A DNA stretch of 64,000 bases, from positions 4,216,001 to 4,280,000 of the forward strand of contig CM106586.1 of the NCBI GenBank assembly GCA_048013815.1, in the 5' to 3' direction. Shown piece after piece: positions 46,979 through 61,600 of this stretch (its first letter is position 1; every line of letters starts with the position of its first letter). This stretch comes from Setoptus koraiensis (Eukaryota > Animalia > Arthropoda). The notes below the pieces were generated by a model, which did no database searches, was not told where the DNA came from, and was given only the letters and a program-made list of their open reading frames with translations. Both the position numbers and the translations under genes were made by a program.

Positions 46979-49900
46979 AGGGGGAGCTGGCGTTGGGAAC
47001 CCCCTCCCCCACACCAACACACATACCAACGCACACGCACACACAGCAAAAACATACAAAAGTATGGTGGCGGTATTTGTATAATGGCGCTATCAACAAT
47101 ATTAGCGACGATATTAATAATAATAGTGTGCGCCATTGCTGCGCGCCCCTGCCGGCCCCACAACTGACCACAAACAGAAGGGAGCGAAGAATGGGAGAGA
47201 GCAAGGGAGCAGCACAATGAGCAGCAGATAAGGCGGGCGCAGGGGAGCTGGCGCCGCTGCTATCATTGGCGCCAGATCTAATGTATGAGTAGTCGTTGCT
47301 GGTGTTTGTTGGTTGGTTACGCAATACTGGTCGCCGCTTGCAACACACCTACGGCTCGCCACTGCTGGCTAAATGTCGCGCCAGCGCATGTTTTCGCTGT
47401 CGTTGGCAGTTCTTTGTTTGCTGGGGCTTCTTTTATATATATATTTTCACCAAGAATATATATGTGTATGTGTTCGGTTGTGCATGATGTTGCTGTTGGG
47501 GCTATTGCTGTCGCTGTTGCTGTTGTCGCTGTTGTTGTTGCGCCGCTGAAGTGATCTTAGGTGACCAGAGAATTGAACTGAACGAATGTGGAGCCCAATG
47601 AATGGACGGCTGGCTCCCGGTGGGAGTGAGGCCAGCGAGGCCTGCAAAGAGACAGCGGTCTGTTGGGCGGCACGGGCACCATTGGCCTCACTGAGAATCC
47701 ATGGGGGCCAATAGGATAAGTCACACAACTGACAGTTGCTGCTTTGTTTGTGCCCCCAATCCATTAAATTCTCAATGGGGTCAAGCCGGCCGGGGCCGAG
47801 CGAGGATGCCGCGCAATTGTTCTTTTGCTCTCTCTCTCTCTCTTTCTCTCGTTTGCGCCTCTGATTGCCACTGGCCACTCGGTGTCGATCAGCGTGCCCA
47901 CTCATAGATTAAGCCAATTGATAAATTGGCAAGCTCTCACACGAGTGCCAATGGGAGCCAGCCTTCAAATGGGATTTGAATTGGCCTGCCAGCCAACCAA
48001 CTATCACTTGTTTAGTGGTGTCCGATTGGCTTCGGTTTGCTCCAGTCGGGCCTCAGTGAGGCCCCAGTTGGGCCCGCGTTGGCTGCGTGTTGGCTGCGCG
48101 TTGGCTGCGTGTTGGCTGCGTGTTGGCGTTGGCCTAGGCAAAGAGATGATGACTGGCCAATGATGATGATGATTGCATCACCATGATGACTGCTCATCAT
48201 GACAAGTGTCAATATGGATAGATGAATGGATCAAGTTTGGCCGGAATCGATTAGACGGAGGCTCGCTCTCATTATTGTTGGCGATGCTGCTGCTTTTGTT
48301 GGCTAGCTAGCGCTGGTCAAGTCAGACATTGAATTGAGTCTGACATGTGATATTAGGATATGATGGTGATGCATACACACAATTGAATCATCGCTGGCAT
48401 AATGATGACGACACACACACACACACTCACGCCGAGTATCCGTGGCCATGACAACCGCGAGCAAACACAATACAGCAGCAGCAGCAGCATCATATACAAA
48501 CAACGGCATTGTTGGTGCGCGCGCTCTATTTGCTCTATAGAGGATATGATGAGGTCAACAGCGGGCCAGCCACAATTTGTTGTTGTGTCGCCCAGATAGG
48601 AATGGGGCCCCATTCTTTAGAGAGGCGCTTGTGTGTTTTACAGAGAGAGAGAGAGAGAGAGAGAGACAGTTATTTTGAGTTGAGTCTTGGCGCTGTGCCA
48701 GTGTCACTGTGCGAGCTGCACTGCGCCAGTTGCACCCCCGACAGTGTCTTGAGAGAAGGGGGCGCCGCCGCCGCCAGACACGCTGTTGTGGGGCACCTAA
48801 CAGCGAGTCGCGCTGCAACGACCACCGGCTACTACAACAGATTAAAAACAATCTCGCCGGAACAAGCTCGCTCGATAGTGATCTCATTTGGGCCCCCATT
48901 GTGGCTCCGTTGGGCTGGCGCTGTTGCTGATGAATGATATTGGCTGACACGATGTGTGTATCGTGTTACTCGAAGCGGCACGATTAGATTGGGTCCACTC
49001 GAGACAGCAGCCATCACCATCCGATACACATTGACAGCCCGCCCGCGCCCCCCTCACACACGCACACACACGCACACACACGCACACACACGCACACACA
49101 CGCACACACACGCACACACACGCACACATGGCTTGTGGGGCCGGGCTCCTCTCAGGCTCATGAGATCGATTAGCCGATTGAATTAATGGGCTACTGGTGG
49201 CGAGGCGCTGGACAGCGGCAGCAGCAGCCCGCGTGTGCCGGCGAGCCGCCCAATGTGAGCTGACCAATACAATTATAGTCAGCAGCTATAGCGGCTAGGG
49301 GGCCCCACTATCGGCCAACAAACTGACATGCTGCTGGCGCCGCTCGCAAGCGTCCCGGCAAGACGATCGATCAATGGACATGGATACAAACTATACTGTG
49401 TGCGCATGCTATAGATGGGCCAGCGAGACATAAATGGGAGGGCATAAATTAAAATACGATACTGGCCACTAGCGACAAGTGTCAAAAGAAGTCGCTGGTG
49501 TCGCTGCTGTTGTTACTGGCTTGCCACAAATATCAGGGCCCGGCTGGCCAGATTGGCACAGCTATTTGGAAGGGAGGCACAGCCATTTGCAGCGAGGCAC
49601 AGCTCGCTTCGTTACAACAGGCCCACAACATGTAATATATATATAATATATATTGCCTGGCCTCACCTATGACCTGGCCTCTATCAGCTATCAGCTGCTA
49701 TCGGCTATCAGCTGCTATCGGCTATCAGCTGTGTCGTGCGGCCGCTCTGATTGTGATCATTATTATCGCTATTGACAGTGAGCCGCACAATCAGTGGGGC
49801 CCCATTGTGTGTGTGTGTGTGTGTGTTTGGTTGATTGTGATTTGTGTGGGCGCAACACCGTTAAGTGCCATTGCGCCAATATTAGCCGCCATGGGGCCTC

Positions 49901-50682
49901 AATGGGGCCCCTCTTTGCATGCAGCAGCGCACTGCAATGAGTCCGGCCAAGCGGGCAATCAGGCAATCACGTGCAGTTGAGGCCACCATTATTTGCGCAG
50001 TGACTTTGCGAGCGGGGGCCTGGCCGACAGAGTGCGCTGAAAACAGTGGCGCACAAGTTACCTGGCTGAAACAAAACCAACTTATACCCCTTTTATGTAT
50101 TATGTGGCCCCAATGCCACATAATACAGCCATATAAATGGCTGCGGGTGTAAACTCGATGATGAGATATACCCAAGTGTCACCAATGTTACAGCAGCTGA
50201 CGGTATGTTGGCGGTGCCATTGCACAGTGTTCAACGCCGGTCGGATCGCCGAGAAACAAGTGCACCCAACAGATAACCTGTGCAGCAGCTATCTGTGGCA
50301 TTGTTAATGACATCATTACTTTGGCAAGGCGCACTCATCGGAGCAGCCAGTTAGCTGTGCGCTATGCGCTGTGCGAGCACCAAATAAATTGATCCTCATA
50401 TCACATGACATTGTTGTGCGTGCCGGACACAACATGCATTATTGTTGTTATTATGTAATAGTGAGAAGTTAAAACGGCAACAACTGCCAGCTCCCCCGCT
50501 TCTTGCGTGTGTGCACTGCTGTTATGTAAGAATGAATTATATATGCATCAACCGATGAATGAATTAGAGAGAGAGAGAGAGAGAGAGAGTCTGTCAAGAA
50601 AAAACCCAATCCCCGCACGCAGCTCTAATGGCTGGCCCCCTGTCTTGCCGGAATACATAATTTGAGGCGGCGCTCTTCTTCT

Positions 50683-50713
<31 letters not shown>

Positions 50714-53700
50714 TGTCGTTGTTGTCGTTGTTGTCGTTGTTGTTGTCGTTGTCGCTGTTTACGCTCATGTCTAACTTGATGTAAGTGCCCGGCGAGCCAA
50801 AGTGCGCTCCGCCGGGCCCCTCTCTTATCTTGGGGCCCATTATGTGCGCCTTGGCGAGCACCAAACAATTTCCACAATTCCAAACAGACACAAGCACTCA
50901 CAATTTCAATGGCGAGCCGAGCCGAGCCAAATGAAATGCGGGGCCCAGGTACCGGCTTGGTATACAGTTGCAAATTAATATTATTATTCGCTCGCATTGC
51001 GCACCGATGATTGATATGGCTCCAGTTGGCAGCCTCTATCTGTGGCCTCTTCGATGTCGATGCTCGGGCTGTTGGTGGCATCGGGTAGCATTAGGAGCCG
51101 GCAGGGCGCACGGCAAGCGATTGGCATCGTTGCTCGCTGGCGGCTCAACTGCAAAACTCAACCCATTTAGATGTATAGCCTGGCTGGCCGGCCGGCCATA
51201 TGTAATATTATATACAACTGGTGTATAATACCCGGGGTACAGCGGTGATATACCCATAACGGTATAACGGTGTGATCGGGCCGATATTGGCCAGAGAGCA
51301 ACAATTGCCACTCTGTTGGCCTCTGGCCCCCTTTTGGCGTTATGCTGCGCTCAACAAGAATAAGACGATTTTTCATTTGCCTGCAATTTATTTAGCCAAG
51401 CCAAAGCGAGCATCATATCATATGATATGATGCTCGATTATTATTATATTACACGGCCATACGACCATGATCTGCATGATGATAATCTCGTTATTTATGC
51501 CATTTATTACATAACGTTATATGAATATGTGTGTGCGTATGCCAGCAAGTGTCCGCGATGGAATGCCGACTTGAGTGGATAAATGAAGAGCCGGCCCGTT
51601 GAGATATAGTCATATTAGTTGTGCCCGTGTGTGGGCCGCGTCGGGAGCCCCTTGCCCGCGCTCTTCCCGTGCTGGCTGGCTGGCCGCCGCTGCCCGCGTT
51701 TTTGTTGTTGTCGCGCGACAAGCGTCGCCGGGCTGCGAAGCGGCTCCCCTCGCGCTCCCATCGCTGTGCTGCTGGCCTCGATTGCGCGCGCTGGCCTCGC
51801 CATTTGTTTGTTGGGCCCCATAGGGTGGGCTCCTCTGGCGATGCTGCTGCTGCCAGCGTGCCAGTCAGTGAGTCAGCGAGCCAGCGAGCCAGCGAGTCGG
51901 CGAGCCAAAGACGCCAGGTCGACGCGCAGCTCGTCAGCCGGGCCCCAATGTATTGGTGATTGAGACATTATCGGGCCGGCAGCAGCGGCGGCGGCGGCGG
52001 CATCGACGCGCGATGTGCAGCAAAAGTTGTCAGAAAAAGAGGCCCGTTGCAATTGATTGCGCTTTCTGTGTGTCTAGTCGTCGTTTTTAGCTTTAGTTTT
52101 GCTTCTTGTTTTAGTTTTGGCACTAGTTTTAGTTTTAGTTCTAGTTTTAACCGGCGGGCGCCCCGCGCGACAACACACCGAGTTGGCGCCGCACAAAGGG
52201 TGTCGTTGTGTCGACTGAACCCTGGCGGCGGGTTGCCAGTTACCAGTTTAGTGTCGCCGGCGCACCAAACTGGCTGACATCGGCGTTATATAATCAATTC
52301 GCTATCCGTTATGAGACAGCCTGGCAGAGGCGCCTTCGTTAACTTTAATGAACGACGCCTAGCGCCGAGCCGAGCCGAGCCGAGCTGGCTGGCTGTTACC
52401 GCGACCGGGCGACAGGGCGACTGGGCGCCGGGCTCCGACGACGGCGACAATCATGGCAGCGCCCCATCGCCAGTGTGACAATTGGCAACTAAAGGACACA
52501 GTGCTGCGAGGCGACAACATTTCGCTAGCCGGCGTGGGGCCCAGATCGATTTCGGATTCGCGTTCGGATTCGGATTGGGGCGCGCCAATGCGAGCGCCAA
52601 TGCCAGCGCCAATGCCAGCGCAAATGCCAGCGCCAATGCCAGCGCCAACGCCAATCCGACTGCCAGTCGATGGCGGGCCGGAAAAAAGCCAGTCGGTGGT
52701 AATGTGGGGTGCGTGCGCGAGCAAAAAAGTGTTTTGCTGTTGTTGCACTGGATAACGGGTATTAACATGGAGTGTTTTATCTGGTCTCGTGTTGCCGTTG
52801 TCGTTGTTGTTGTTGTTGTCGCTGGCGCTGTCGCCGTTGGCTGGGGCGCTGGGGGCCAGCCGCAGGAGGATAGCGGCAGCGAATTGCCGTGTGCTGACAA
52901 TAGACAATTTTAAATTTGATTAAATTCCTCGTTTCTATAAGTGCGCGCACACGTTCCAAATGGCCAGCCATCGAGCCTGCCACGAGCCTGCCACGAGCTT
53001 GCCGCGAGCCTGGCGCGAGCTTGCCGCGAGCTCGTGCCGATGAGTGGCGAGGGCGCCAATCGAAAATAAGAATCGAGAAGAAGAGATCACTTTCAAGTCA
53101 TGTGACATAATGAATTGATTCGCACATTCTCGCCCAGATGTTTCGCTCGCCTTGGCCGTTGTCGCTCTTTTTGGGCGCTCTTCTTTTTGTGGGCCACTTT
53201 TCAATTCTGGCTCACTTCTCGACACTCGCATGTGTGCTCTGCCCAGACAGGATAAGCCCGCTATCTGGGCGCCATCGCGTCGCCATTGGGGCGCTTTCTG
53301 GGCGCTGTTCGGGCGCTATTTGGGTCACCAAATAGCTGCGAAACAGTGGCCATGATTGGCTCTTAATCGGCTCCATCTACAACCTAGTGCGCGTATATAG
53401 AAGCGCGCGCGCGCCATTGTCATGATGCCCGACATTCGGCCGGCATTCGGCTGGCATTCCGCCGGCATTCGGCCGGCGTTTGTGTAAATCAATTGTGTGA
53501 TGATGTCATCAGTCAGTCATTTGAAAGAAGTCACCTGGCCAGGTAAAGAACACACAATCGCGCGCATTCGAGCTGAGTCTGGCAGTGTCTCGCCGAATAG
53601 ACAATTGCTGACAACGATACAGCCAGCCAGCCAGGGCGTGTTATGCTGACAGGCTGGCTGGCAGCGAAATTTTGAGAGTTGGCTGGCTCGCAAAATTGAG

Positions 53701-56482
53701 CACTTGCTTGGGTGCGTGCCCGCTTACGTAACCAGTGTGTGCCGTTATGTAACCAGTGTGTGCCTTTACGTAGCCAGTGCGTGCGGCCAACAAGCGAGCA
53801 AGTGAAAAGTTTGAGAATTGCCAGTATGAAAAGAAGAGGCCCCAACGTAATAAGAATATATAGTTGTGCGTGCCGTCAAGACGACCAGAGCGGGCCGATG
53901 AAATTCAATGGCAGAGCTCTTTTACTAGCAGTCTGGCTCTGACCAGACCAACACGCGACTAGTATCACATTCCGGGGGCCCCTTTATCTGGCCCCAGGGT
54001 ACACAGTGTGTGTGTGTGTGTGTGTGTAATACACACAACACGGGCCCAATATAACGGGCATTGTTTGTGTTTGCCAGGCAAGACTTTGCTTGTCTGGCAA
54101 ACGCAAGTTTTGTCAGCTTCTTGGATATTTTTCCCGCTAGCTAAGCGATTGTTTCGCTTAGCCGCAACAACAACATTGCCACGACAACAACCGAAACAAC
54201 AACCATCACCGCGACACTGACGACAGCGGCCCCGGCAGATTAGCGCTAAAGGCAACATTCACGGCTGTTGGCTCGGTCGCTGTTGTTGTCGTTGTTGTTG
54301 GCTCGGTCGCTGTTGTTGTCGGTGTTGTTGGCTCGGCTGTCGGCTCGGTTGTTGTCGCTTCGGCTGTTGTGTAACATACTGCTGCCGCGAGCGTGCCAGA
54401 GACGAGATGTTATTATTCCCGTTGCCGCACACACGCACACACACACGCACACACACGCACACACACACGCACACACACGCACACACACACGCACACACAC
54501 GCACACACACACACACACACACGCACACACAACAAACGCTCGCTTGCAATCGAGCGAAATGATCAAATCAATGATTAGTTGTCAGTTGTTGTTACCTGTG
54601 CGCGCTCGTGTGCGTGTGTGTGTGTGTGTGCTGCGTGGCACGCCAGACCGACAGCACGACAGGTGAGTGTGATTGAGAGAGGGGGCGCCCCTCGCCAACA
54701 GACACACTGTGCGCCCGCAAACTGGAGCGCCTCTCGTGGAGCCAAAGTGAGAAGGACAACTGATAATCGCGCGGGCCCCCCGAACTCGCTGCCAGCCGGC
54801 CGGCCGGCCGTCAAGCGAGCGCCAGTCAGGCCAGTGCCAGCTCCGGCGCTCACCTGAGCCAAACATGTGAGCGCAACAATATTTTCGGCCCCCCTCACAG
54901 GGGCACGTCATTTGTTGGGCGCCAAAAAAACACCAGCCAGCAACATGATCAAAAGGGGATTAATTCTGCTCTCTCATAGTTAATTCCTACTGATTGGTGG
55001 CTGTTGTTGATTTTGCCAGCGCGTGCATCAGAGCACGCGTTGGGGGCCCCCGAACTCAACATTTGACTATTGTGCTCGTTGCGTCGTCGTCGGCGTGCCC
55101 GTCGTTGGCCGCTGCTGCCGCCTTTATCCGGCTTTGTCTGGTGCACGGCGCCAGCCCCATTCTGGCCTGGCCAACAATTGATTGCGACAGGCTGCATCAC
55201 TCAGCCAGCCTGTCAGCTGAGCCGGCCCTTAATCTCATCAGGCGCGCTCGGACGTATTCGGGCCCCAACGTATAGCAGTTGTTGGCTGGTGGCGCTGGTG
55301 GCGCGCTTGCCACGGCCCAATTGAATAATGTCTAATGGACGATCCGACAACAGGACAACGGCCCAAACGCCAACAACACATCCGAGCGCCAAATCCGTCG
55401 CTGCTGGCCGGACGGGCCCCAATTGCGCCAATTGTTTGGCTGTTCTGTTTTGGGCTTGCCTCGTCTCTGTCTTGCTGTCCGTTGTCCGTTGTCGGAGATG
55501 ATTCGCACAACGCACAACGGACAGCAACAACGACAGACCACATTAACTGACACTGCTAAGCTATATCGTCATTATTATTGGCAATGCCAACATGGCTTAT
55601 ACATGCGTTAGCGATGGCTTAACGTTTCGTCGTCGTCGTCGTCGTCGTCGTCGTTGCTTTATCCGGCGCTCGTGTCCGCCGAAATTAAAAGGCAGCTCGT
55701 GCATGCCAGCCAAGTCAATCGCCTGTCAGCGTTCTCGTTTGGGTTGGAACAGTTGGCTCCAGCCGAGATGTTGTTTTGGTAAAAAGTCCCGCTATCCATT
55801 AGGCACACCGTTTGTGAATAACGCCTCTGGAGCGCGCAAATTTTGTTTGCTCGGGCAACTTGTCGAAATTATCGAAATTCTTCAACGGTCTAGGAATATT
55901 GGACGGCCGAGCGCATTCACTCGCTAGATGGTCGCTAGATGGTCACTAAATAGTGTTCCGGTAGAGGGCCAAACACCGCCAGTGCCTGGCAGACGAAAAA
56001 AACGGCAGAAGAAACAGTTGATAGTGTGGCAAAAAGTGGCACAAATTCGAGCCAGAGTATAAACCGTCTCTAGCGAGTCGCCTGGCATTAAGCGTTTGCC
56101 GTCAGACATTTGGGGCCTCCAACAGTCGGGTGTAACTTGTAAGCGACCATACTATAGCAGAGCAGTCGACTTGATGTTGGTGATAATCAATACCAACTTG
56201 AGATATTCATTCATGTAATATATTCATTTCGGTGGTAGTTGGGCCATCGGCATTTATTGGCGCACCAGCGGATATATTATGGCACGACAAATATTATTAT
56301 ATAATGTTTATATGCCATCGTGATGAATTGAATATATTGCTGATGGGAATCTCTTGTCGGGTCACTTTCATCGACAATAATATATAAATAATGAAATAAT
56401 ATTGGCCATTGCCGTTGCCATTACAATAGCATCAGCCGAGCAGCCGAGCAGCCAGCCAGTCAGCCAGCCAGTCAGGCAGCCA

Positions 56483-56508
56483 GATCTTTTTGCTCAATCA
56501 AAAAGATC
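56483..56508. repeat. Stem-loop, 10-bp perfect stem, 6-nt loop
   Basis: GATCTTTTTG-CTCAAT-CAAAAAGATC. Confidence 0.8.
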
Positions 56509-58656
56509 GTCGCTTCGATTGGGCGACAAAAACGCGAGCGAATAAAACACTTAATAAACAGGCGAATACATTAGCATAAATATTAACATAAACAAATCTA
56601 TAAATAAAGTGCAATGGCGATGATGTAATTGCAAATAGCAACTAATTATCCGCTCGGGATACTTGACTCGGCACTGTTATACATACTGTGTGTATATGTG
56701 TGAATCTCGGCTGTGAATTTGCATTTTACTCTGGCGATTCTAATCAACAACGACGGCGCAACAACATTGCCAGGCCAGCCTACAGACAGTGCTACAATGC
56801 TAAAAGTATCTATCTGTCCAAATAGATAAAGTGGCGAGTAGCTAATTCATGCCCGTTTGCATTGTCTTTCTGGATGGTTGAATAGCGAATGGCATCAGCA
56901 TACGATTGAATTGAATTAAATTGAACCGAACCGAACTGAACTGCATTTAATTGGCTCGTATCAAACGATGGCGCCGGTTCGATAAATGTTAATAGAGTCG
57001 ATGCACGGCCAGATCACATCAACAGTACCATTGTCAAATATCTGGATATTTGTCGCAACAACACCATCGACCATTGAGTCACAACTGCACTCGCTGGCTA
57101 GTCGCTCGCTGGCTAGTTGCTCGCTGGTTAGTGGATCTGAAGGGCTTACGTAATAGAGCCACCACCATCCACCACAGGGTGGCGCAACAGCAGAGCCAAC
57201 ACATACAGCCTAATGACAGTCACGGTTGTTCGCGTTGGCTTTTTGGGCACTTTTTTGGGAACTGTTTGATTTGCTTGAGATGCTCGCTTGATATCAATAC
57301 AGCAGACAAGCCGCCAACAATGCAGCAGTCCGTATGCAGCCCATTTCCCGATTACACAATTTAAACTTTCACCTTGGCTAGACAAAATCACCTGTCACGT
57401 AGCGCTGGTGGCTGGTCGCTTGACACTTGTATGTGTGATCAACAACAAACTGATCAACAGCAATCACACAAATGTCGCGCAAAACACGAAAGGTTTGCAC
57501 ATTTTTTTTCTTTCTCATTTGACAATTGTGAGCGATGATATTTAAATCGTGATCACCGAGCCAATTTATAATAACCAGTTTATACTTGCTAAAGCCTATG
57601 TGACAAGTGAGATCGCTCGAAGCTAATTATCGCCCAGTAACCTATTGTTTGTGGCACGCCAATCAACCATTATCGTTGCTCGGGCAACACTAGCCAACAA
57701 GGTAAATCGGTTGACTGGTTATTGTGACACCGTTTTATCTCAGATTTTGCTTCTTTTTTGTTTTGTAACTAACAAAGTTGTCAGCTGCTTGTTGTGGCAG
57801 GCACGAAAACGTGCTCCCAGAAACTTTTTTGTTGGTAAATGCCTAATTTATCACCGATGCATCATGCAACCGACCAATCAATTCAATCATTTAGTGTGCG
57901 CGTTCGCCCGTGCATTGAAGCCGGACCAGGCGCACTAAATGAGAAAATGAAAATTGTTGCAAAAGGGGTTTGCAAATAACGGGCGCGTGCCTTATGGCAA
58001 CCACAGGCCTTTTGCACGCGCCAATTGGTGAGATTATTTGAGATGGATGCAGACGGTGTTCGTTTTGCGGATATAGGATTCGCAAAGCGGCCTTTTGTGG
58101 CTCGCCACTGGGAGGAATTCGGGAGTTGAGTTGATGTAGAGTTTTGTCGGAGTCGACGTCATCCGGAAAAGGCTCAACATTTAAGCTTGTGAGATGCCTG
58201 GCTCGCTTGTCAGGTGGATAAGGTGACATGTCTGTCTTGAATGATGCTCGCTCTCATCCAGACAGTCTTGTTGCCACTGTCTAGACGGCGCTCGGCGATG
58301 AAAGGAAAACAACAATTGGCATAATCACATCAATTCGAAGCGTCCCCGAACATGGCATCAATAAATAAATGTAGAAGCTGAGAATTTTGTTTCCTGTCTA
58401 TTAATCTGTGTCTGTGTTGGCCGAATTATCACTAGTGTGCTGATATAAATTGAGAGAACTCGCCAGTGAAAATTATGAATGATTGCGGCTTTTGGTAAGC
58501 TACACACAGCGCTAACAACAAGTCAAGTAGCGTCAAGAAGCTTCGAGAAAAATAGGCCAGCGTGGCCGGATAAGAAGCCGGATAAGAATAGAGACAATTC
58601 AAGAATCAAATCGTATATATATAGACAAATACAGACAAAAGAAGCCAACGATCGAC

Positions 58657-61600
58657 ATGGCAACCCAAACACACGCGCTGCTGGCAATGGTGCTGGCAAT
58701 GCAATTATGCAACATGATGACATTAGCGGCCTTCATGCCGGCAGACTCGTCGACAGGTGGAGGTGCGACAGTGGCGCCAACATCGGCACAGCCAGTGTCG
58801 TCACAACAAACTATGGCCAATGGGGCCCCAAATGAATATGAGCAGGTAACAATTGAACAGCGACGACAATGGGACGTCCAGAATACTTGGCCCTTTTCGT
58901 GGCTAAAACAATTTCTCGATATAGACAATGAGTTTTTGCCAGACATAAACTTGAATTTTAGCCTATTTACGAGCCACCGATTTCACGATATGCAATTAAA
59001 CGACGAAGTGTACAAATATTTCTACAACGATTATCCAAAAAATGCCACAGTTGACGATGTGCTGCTGAGCGCCATCAAGGCCAATTTGCGCTTTCAGCCA
59101 ACACCGTTACACAACAGTTGGGGCTACGCCGATCGCAACGAGCTACTGGCCTCGGGCTCACCTGTGGCAAACTCCATCTTGTGCACCACCCAATTGGCCC
59201 ATTTGGTGCAGCGCCTAGATGGCGCCCCGGGTGCCTCGTGGGCAGGTAGAGCCGCAAGTGGCGACAGTGGCGAATCAAATGAGAGGCAGCAATCAAGTCA
59301 AGATGCGAATGCGCCGGCCAGCAACATAAACAACAACAACAACAACAACAACGAGCAAGCTCGTCGGATATATCGCTCGCAAGACTTGGACTTTTGGCGC
59401 TACATGGATTCGTTTGCGCACGTACCGTCGGACGTGTTACGGGCCAACATCCGCTGGTACGGCTCTTACGCGGGTTGCCTCGATTCGCCGCTGCTCATGA
59501 CGAGCGCAACCAATCAGCGCGGCAACGCCAGTTTGGCGACAACCACGCCGACAAATGGGGCCAGCAGCAGTTTGACGACAACGACAACCAGACAGCAGCA
59601 GCCGCAGCTCATTAGAACGCGCTATTGTTTGGGCGCGCTCAAATCGCGCCACTGGCCCCAGCCAAAACCCGACCCGAATTACCCCAATTACGCGGAGAAA
59701 AACTACTTCTTCCGGTTGGGTCTGTGTCTGCCTGAGACGTGCGACACGACCTCGTTTGATTATAAGCAGAACGTTGATTACATCGAGCGTCTAGTGAAGC
59801 ACAATCTCATCAGTCCGTTCAACAGCGACAGATATTATCTGGCCGATATGTATTGTTTGCCCGACGATCGGTCGCCGCTGCGCAAAGTGCCCCTGATGGC
59901 GTGGCTGTTGGGCGTGAGCGCGGCCTGTTGGATGGGTGTGGTGCTAATGGCGACATTGGTTCAATTGAACGTGGATAAATTTTACACAAAAAACATCGAG
60001 TGCCTCATGGATTTCGACGAAAAGAACAAGCGCGCTAGAGTCGATGAAAACAACACAATCTATTCGAGTGGCAACAACAAAATGGGCCCCACAAACAGAG
60101 AGTGGTCACCGGCCAAGATAAAGTGGCTGCGGCTGAATATGTGGCTCATGTCGAAATCAAAACAATTAGTGTTCGGAGTGGACATAATAGACTGTTTGTC
60201 GCTGTACACCAACGTCAACAAATTCACCGCAAAATGCAAGCGCCACATAATTGATACACACAACAAACAACAACAACAACAGCGGCAGCAGCAACAGCAA
60301 CAACAACAACTGGCCTCGTCCAGCGACACCAGATCAACAACAACAACAACAGCGACCAATTATCCGACTGAATCGACGGACAATCCGACTCAGTCGAAGC
60401 ACAATCCGGCCCCCGATTGGGAGCCCCAGAACAAGGTGAGACTGGAGTCGCTAAACGCCATCAAGGTGATACTGTTATTGTGGGTAATAGCCGGTCATGT
60501 GTTATTTTTTGGCAGCTCAATTGTGCGCGACGCCGAGCTAGTGAAGCATATGGTCCGCGCGGTGCCTATAGTGACTATTATGGGCGGAATATACATTACG
60601 GAGATATTTTTCGTTGTCACGGGCCTGCTGGTGGCCTATTTGGTATTCAAAAACAACACTGTCACTCGTATTATCAACAACAGCAACAACGACAACAATA
60701 GCGACGCCGAGCTAGCCGCCGGCCAGCAAGACAACAGCGAAGACGACGAGCAACAACGACACGACAAACAACAACAACAGCTGATTGTGCCCCACAAGCG
60801 CCTCTTGTCGGCCCCCTTCTGGCTGCTCATGCTGGTGTACCGTTATCTCAGACTTATGCCCACCTATCTGGTTGTTTACAGTCACGTAAAACTGGTCAGT
60901 GTTTATATGGGCTCGGGGCCCAGTTACGATTATGCCGTGTCTGCCAACAGTAAACGGCGCGATTGTGTGCAAGAGTCCTGGTGGCCAGTGTTGACATTAA
61001 CTACTAATCTAGTTGATTTATACTCTCATTGTGTCGTGGGCGGCTGGTATTTGTCCGTTGATATGCAATCATTAATAATTTCCATTCCCTTGCTCATTCT
61101 GATGGCCAAACTGCAAGGTCGCTATGCGCACCAACGACAACAACGAGCGAATAATAAAATCTTCATCAGCACGACAAACAACAACAGCAACAACAACAGC
61201 ACAACCAAACAACAACAGCTATCAAGTGTACACAAGCAACAACAACAACGACAAGCGTTCTTGTCAAAATACAAACTACTACTGCTCGGCTATTTTGTTA
61301 TTATACTCAGCATAATAAGCTCGGCCGTGTTGTGCATCATGTATGTCATACGACAGGATCTAGTTGATTTTGGCTATCTACTTAAACTGGCCCCTCACAC
61401 CTTTGCCATAAGCTCTAAGAATGCCAATATATACACAAACACCCTATTTAGATTTAGATCGTTTGGCCTGGGCCTCATATTGGGTCACATGCTGTATTTG
61501 TATGAGAGAAACGTTTTGCGTATACCCATCATATTGAGACGTTATGGGCCCCAATTGACAGTGGCTACATTTGCAACATGCGCATTCTTGTTGTATGTGC

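Noticed and set aside
45000-57800. Many short ORFs as possible GRK exons or separate genes
   Set aside because: None contains kinase or RGS motifs, or convincing phase-compatible splice pairs; most are repeat-derived.
57984-57994. 11-nt match to the 5' end of miR-124 (TAAGGCACGCG on the minus strand)
   Set aside because: The 3' half differs and the seed end is unpaired in the hairpin. One 11-mer hit among dozens of candidate miRNAs is expected by chance in 64 kb.
57918-57995. Resemblance to SRP RNA (CCGGACCAGG, GGCGCGTGCC)
   Set aside because: The helix-8 GNRA/AGCAG motif is missing and the fragments are in the wrong order.
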